Shown: piece by piece, positions 32,491 to 33,000 of the stretch
How the letters are laid out: each line of letters opens with the position of its first letter
Numbering within the stretch: the stretch's first letter is position 1
Origin: Dicyema japonicum
Lineage: Eukaryota > Animalia > Dicyemida
Length of the DNA: 33,000 nucleotides
Assembly (NCBI GenBank): GCA_011109175.1
Contig: RDEW01000004.1
Location: 644,030 to 677,029 of the forward strand
Direction of reading: 5' to 3'
Program-made: the position numbers and the translations under genes
The notes under the pieces: generated by a model
Seen by the model: only the letters and a program-made list of their open reading frames with translations
The model's database searches: none
Told to the model about the DNA's origin: nothing

Positions 32491-33000
32491 ACGAAAATAA
32501 ATAAAAAATAAAATTTTAATACCAACTAAATTGTTTAGTGTATTTATTTTTTTTAATTTTAAAATATCATTTTGTAGTTGACGGACTTTGGTGGAGAGGA
32601 GGTCTCTCATTATCTTTGCCTCATTAATATCCTAAATATTACACATAAAGTAGACATGGACAAGGGAGATGTTCTGAAACAACTTTTCCTGCGTGTTTTT
32701 ATCCATCAAATTAATAAATTTCTACTACCACCAAGACCTGATACCTGAGTCCTCAAATCTTCAATATTTTCATTGATTTGAGCGTATCTTCGGTCTATGC
32801 TGTCTCCAATTCCCTGTCTAAGCAGCTCGAGCTGGTTCAACCACCTCTAACGTAATGACACGTGCAAACCTGATTTTCTAACTCTGTTTCAGCAAGTTTG
32901 TCTTCCAGGTCTGATATGAGCTTCGACTGACTGATGAACTCCGACTTGGTGGGCACAATAATTTACCTTTTGCTGCAAAATTGTGCATAATTTTTCATTT
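32467..33000 (-). CDS. 3' part of an unidentified coiled-coil protein gene (runs off window end)
   Basis: Four phase-0 GT-AG introns (32945-32966, 32847-32869, 32722-32744, 32632-32655; 22, 23, 23 and 24 nt) give a continuous heptad-rich frame. As written the stop is at 32467. A 1-nt change in the A run would place it at 32544. Confidence 0.78.

Noticed and set aside
32244-32525. Secreted protein ORF with an apparent signal peptide
   Set aside because: Non-ATG start. The hydrophobic N-terminus comes from a T-rich tract and the rest is a SINE copy.

Overview
Eukaryotic, almost certainly metazoan, DNA with an unusual architecture. About ten compact host genes are present: RNPS1, AP-3 sigma, prefoldin 1, a two-finger Sp/buttonhead factor, an RIIa/DPY30-like docking-domain gene, CEP85-like, SLC46-like, FBXL2/20-like, PMF1/NNF1 and a partial coiled-coil gene. 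They are split by about 30 ultra-short spliceosomal introns (21-28 nt, mode 22), and each complete gene is preceded by a near-pure A/T tract. The genes are separated by 1.5-5 kb tracts of decayed retroelements: RTE-clade, I/Jockey-like and R4/Dong-like LINEs, a tRNA-derived SINE family, and hAT/Charlie ends. Tiny introns at ancestral animal positions point to a dicyemid mesozoan or a similarly reduced parasite (inference). Most notable observations: (1) the palindrome CACGTG occurs 24 times against about 5 expected, and lies inside 9 of 10 genes in all reading frames and in an intron; (2) two 21-nt GT...TG introns sit at conserved positions in the FBXL gene; (3) a SINE and an RTE LINE share a 3' tail; (4) a TSD-flanked, tail-less mRNA-like retrocopy; (5) recurrent 1-2 nt frame disruptions in conserved genes, most likely consensus errors. 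All annotation was done by eye and no searches were run.
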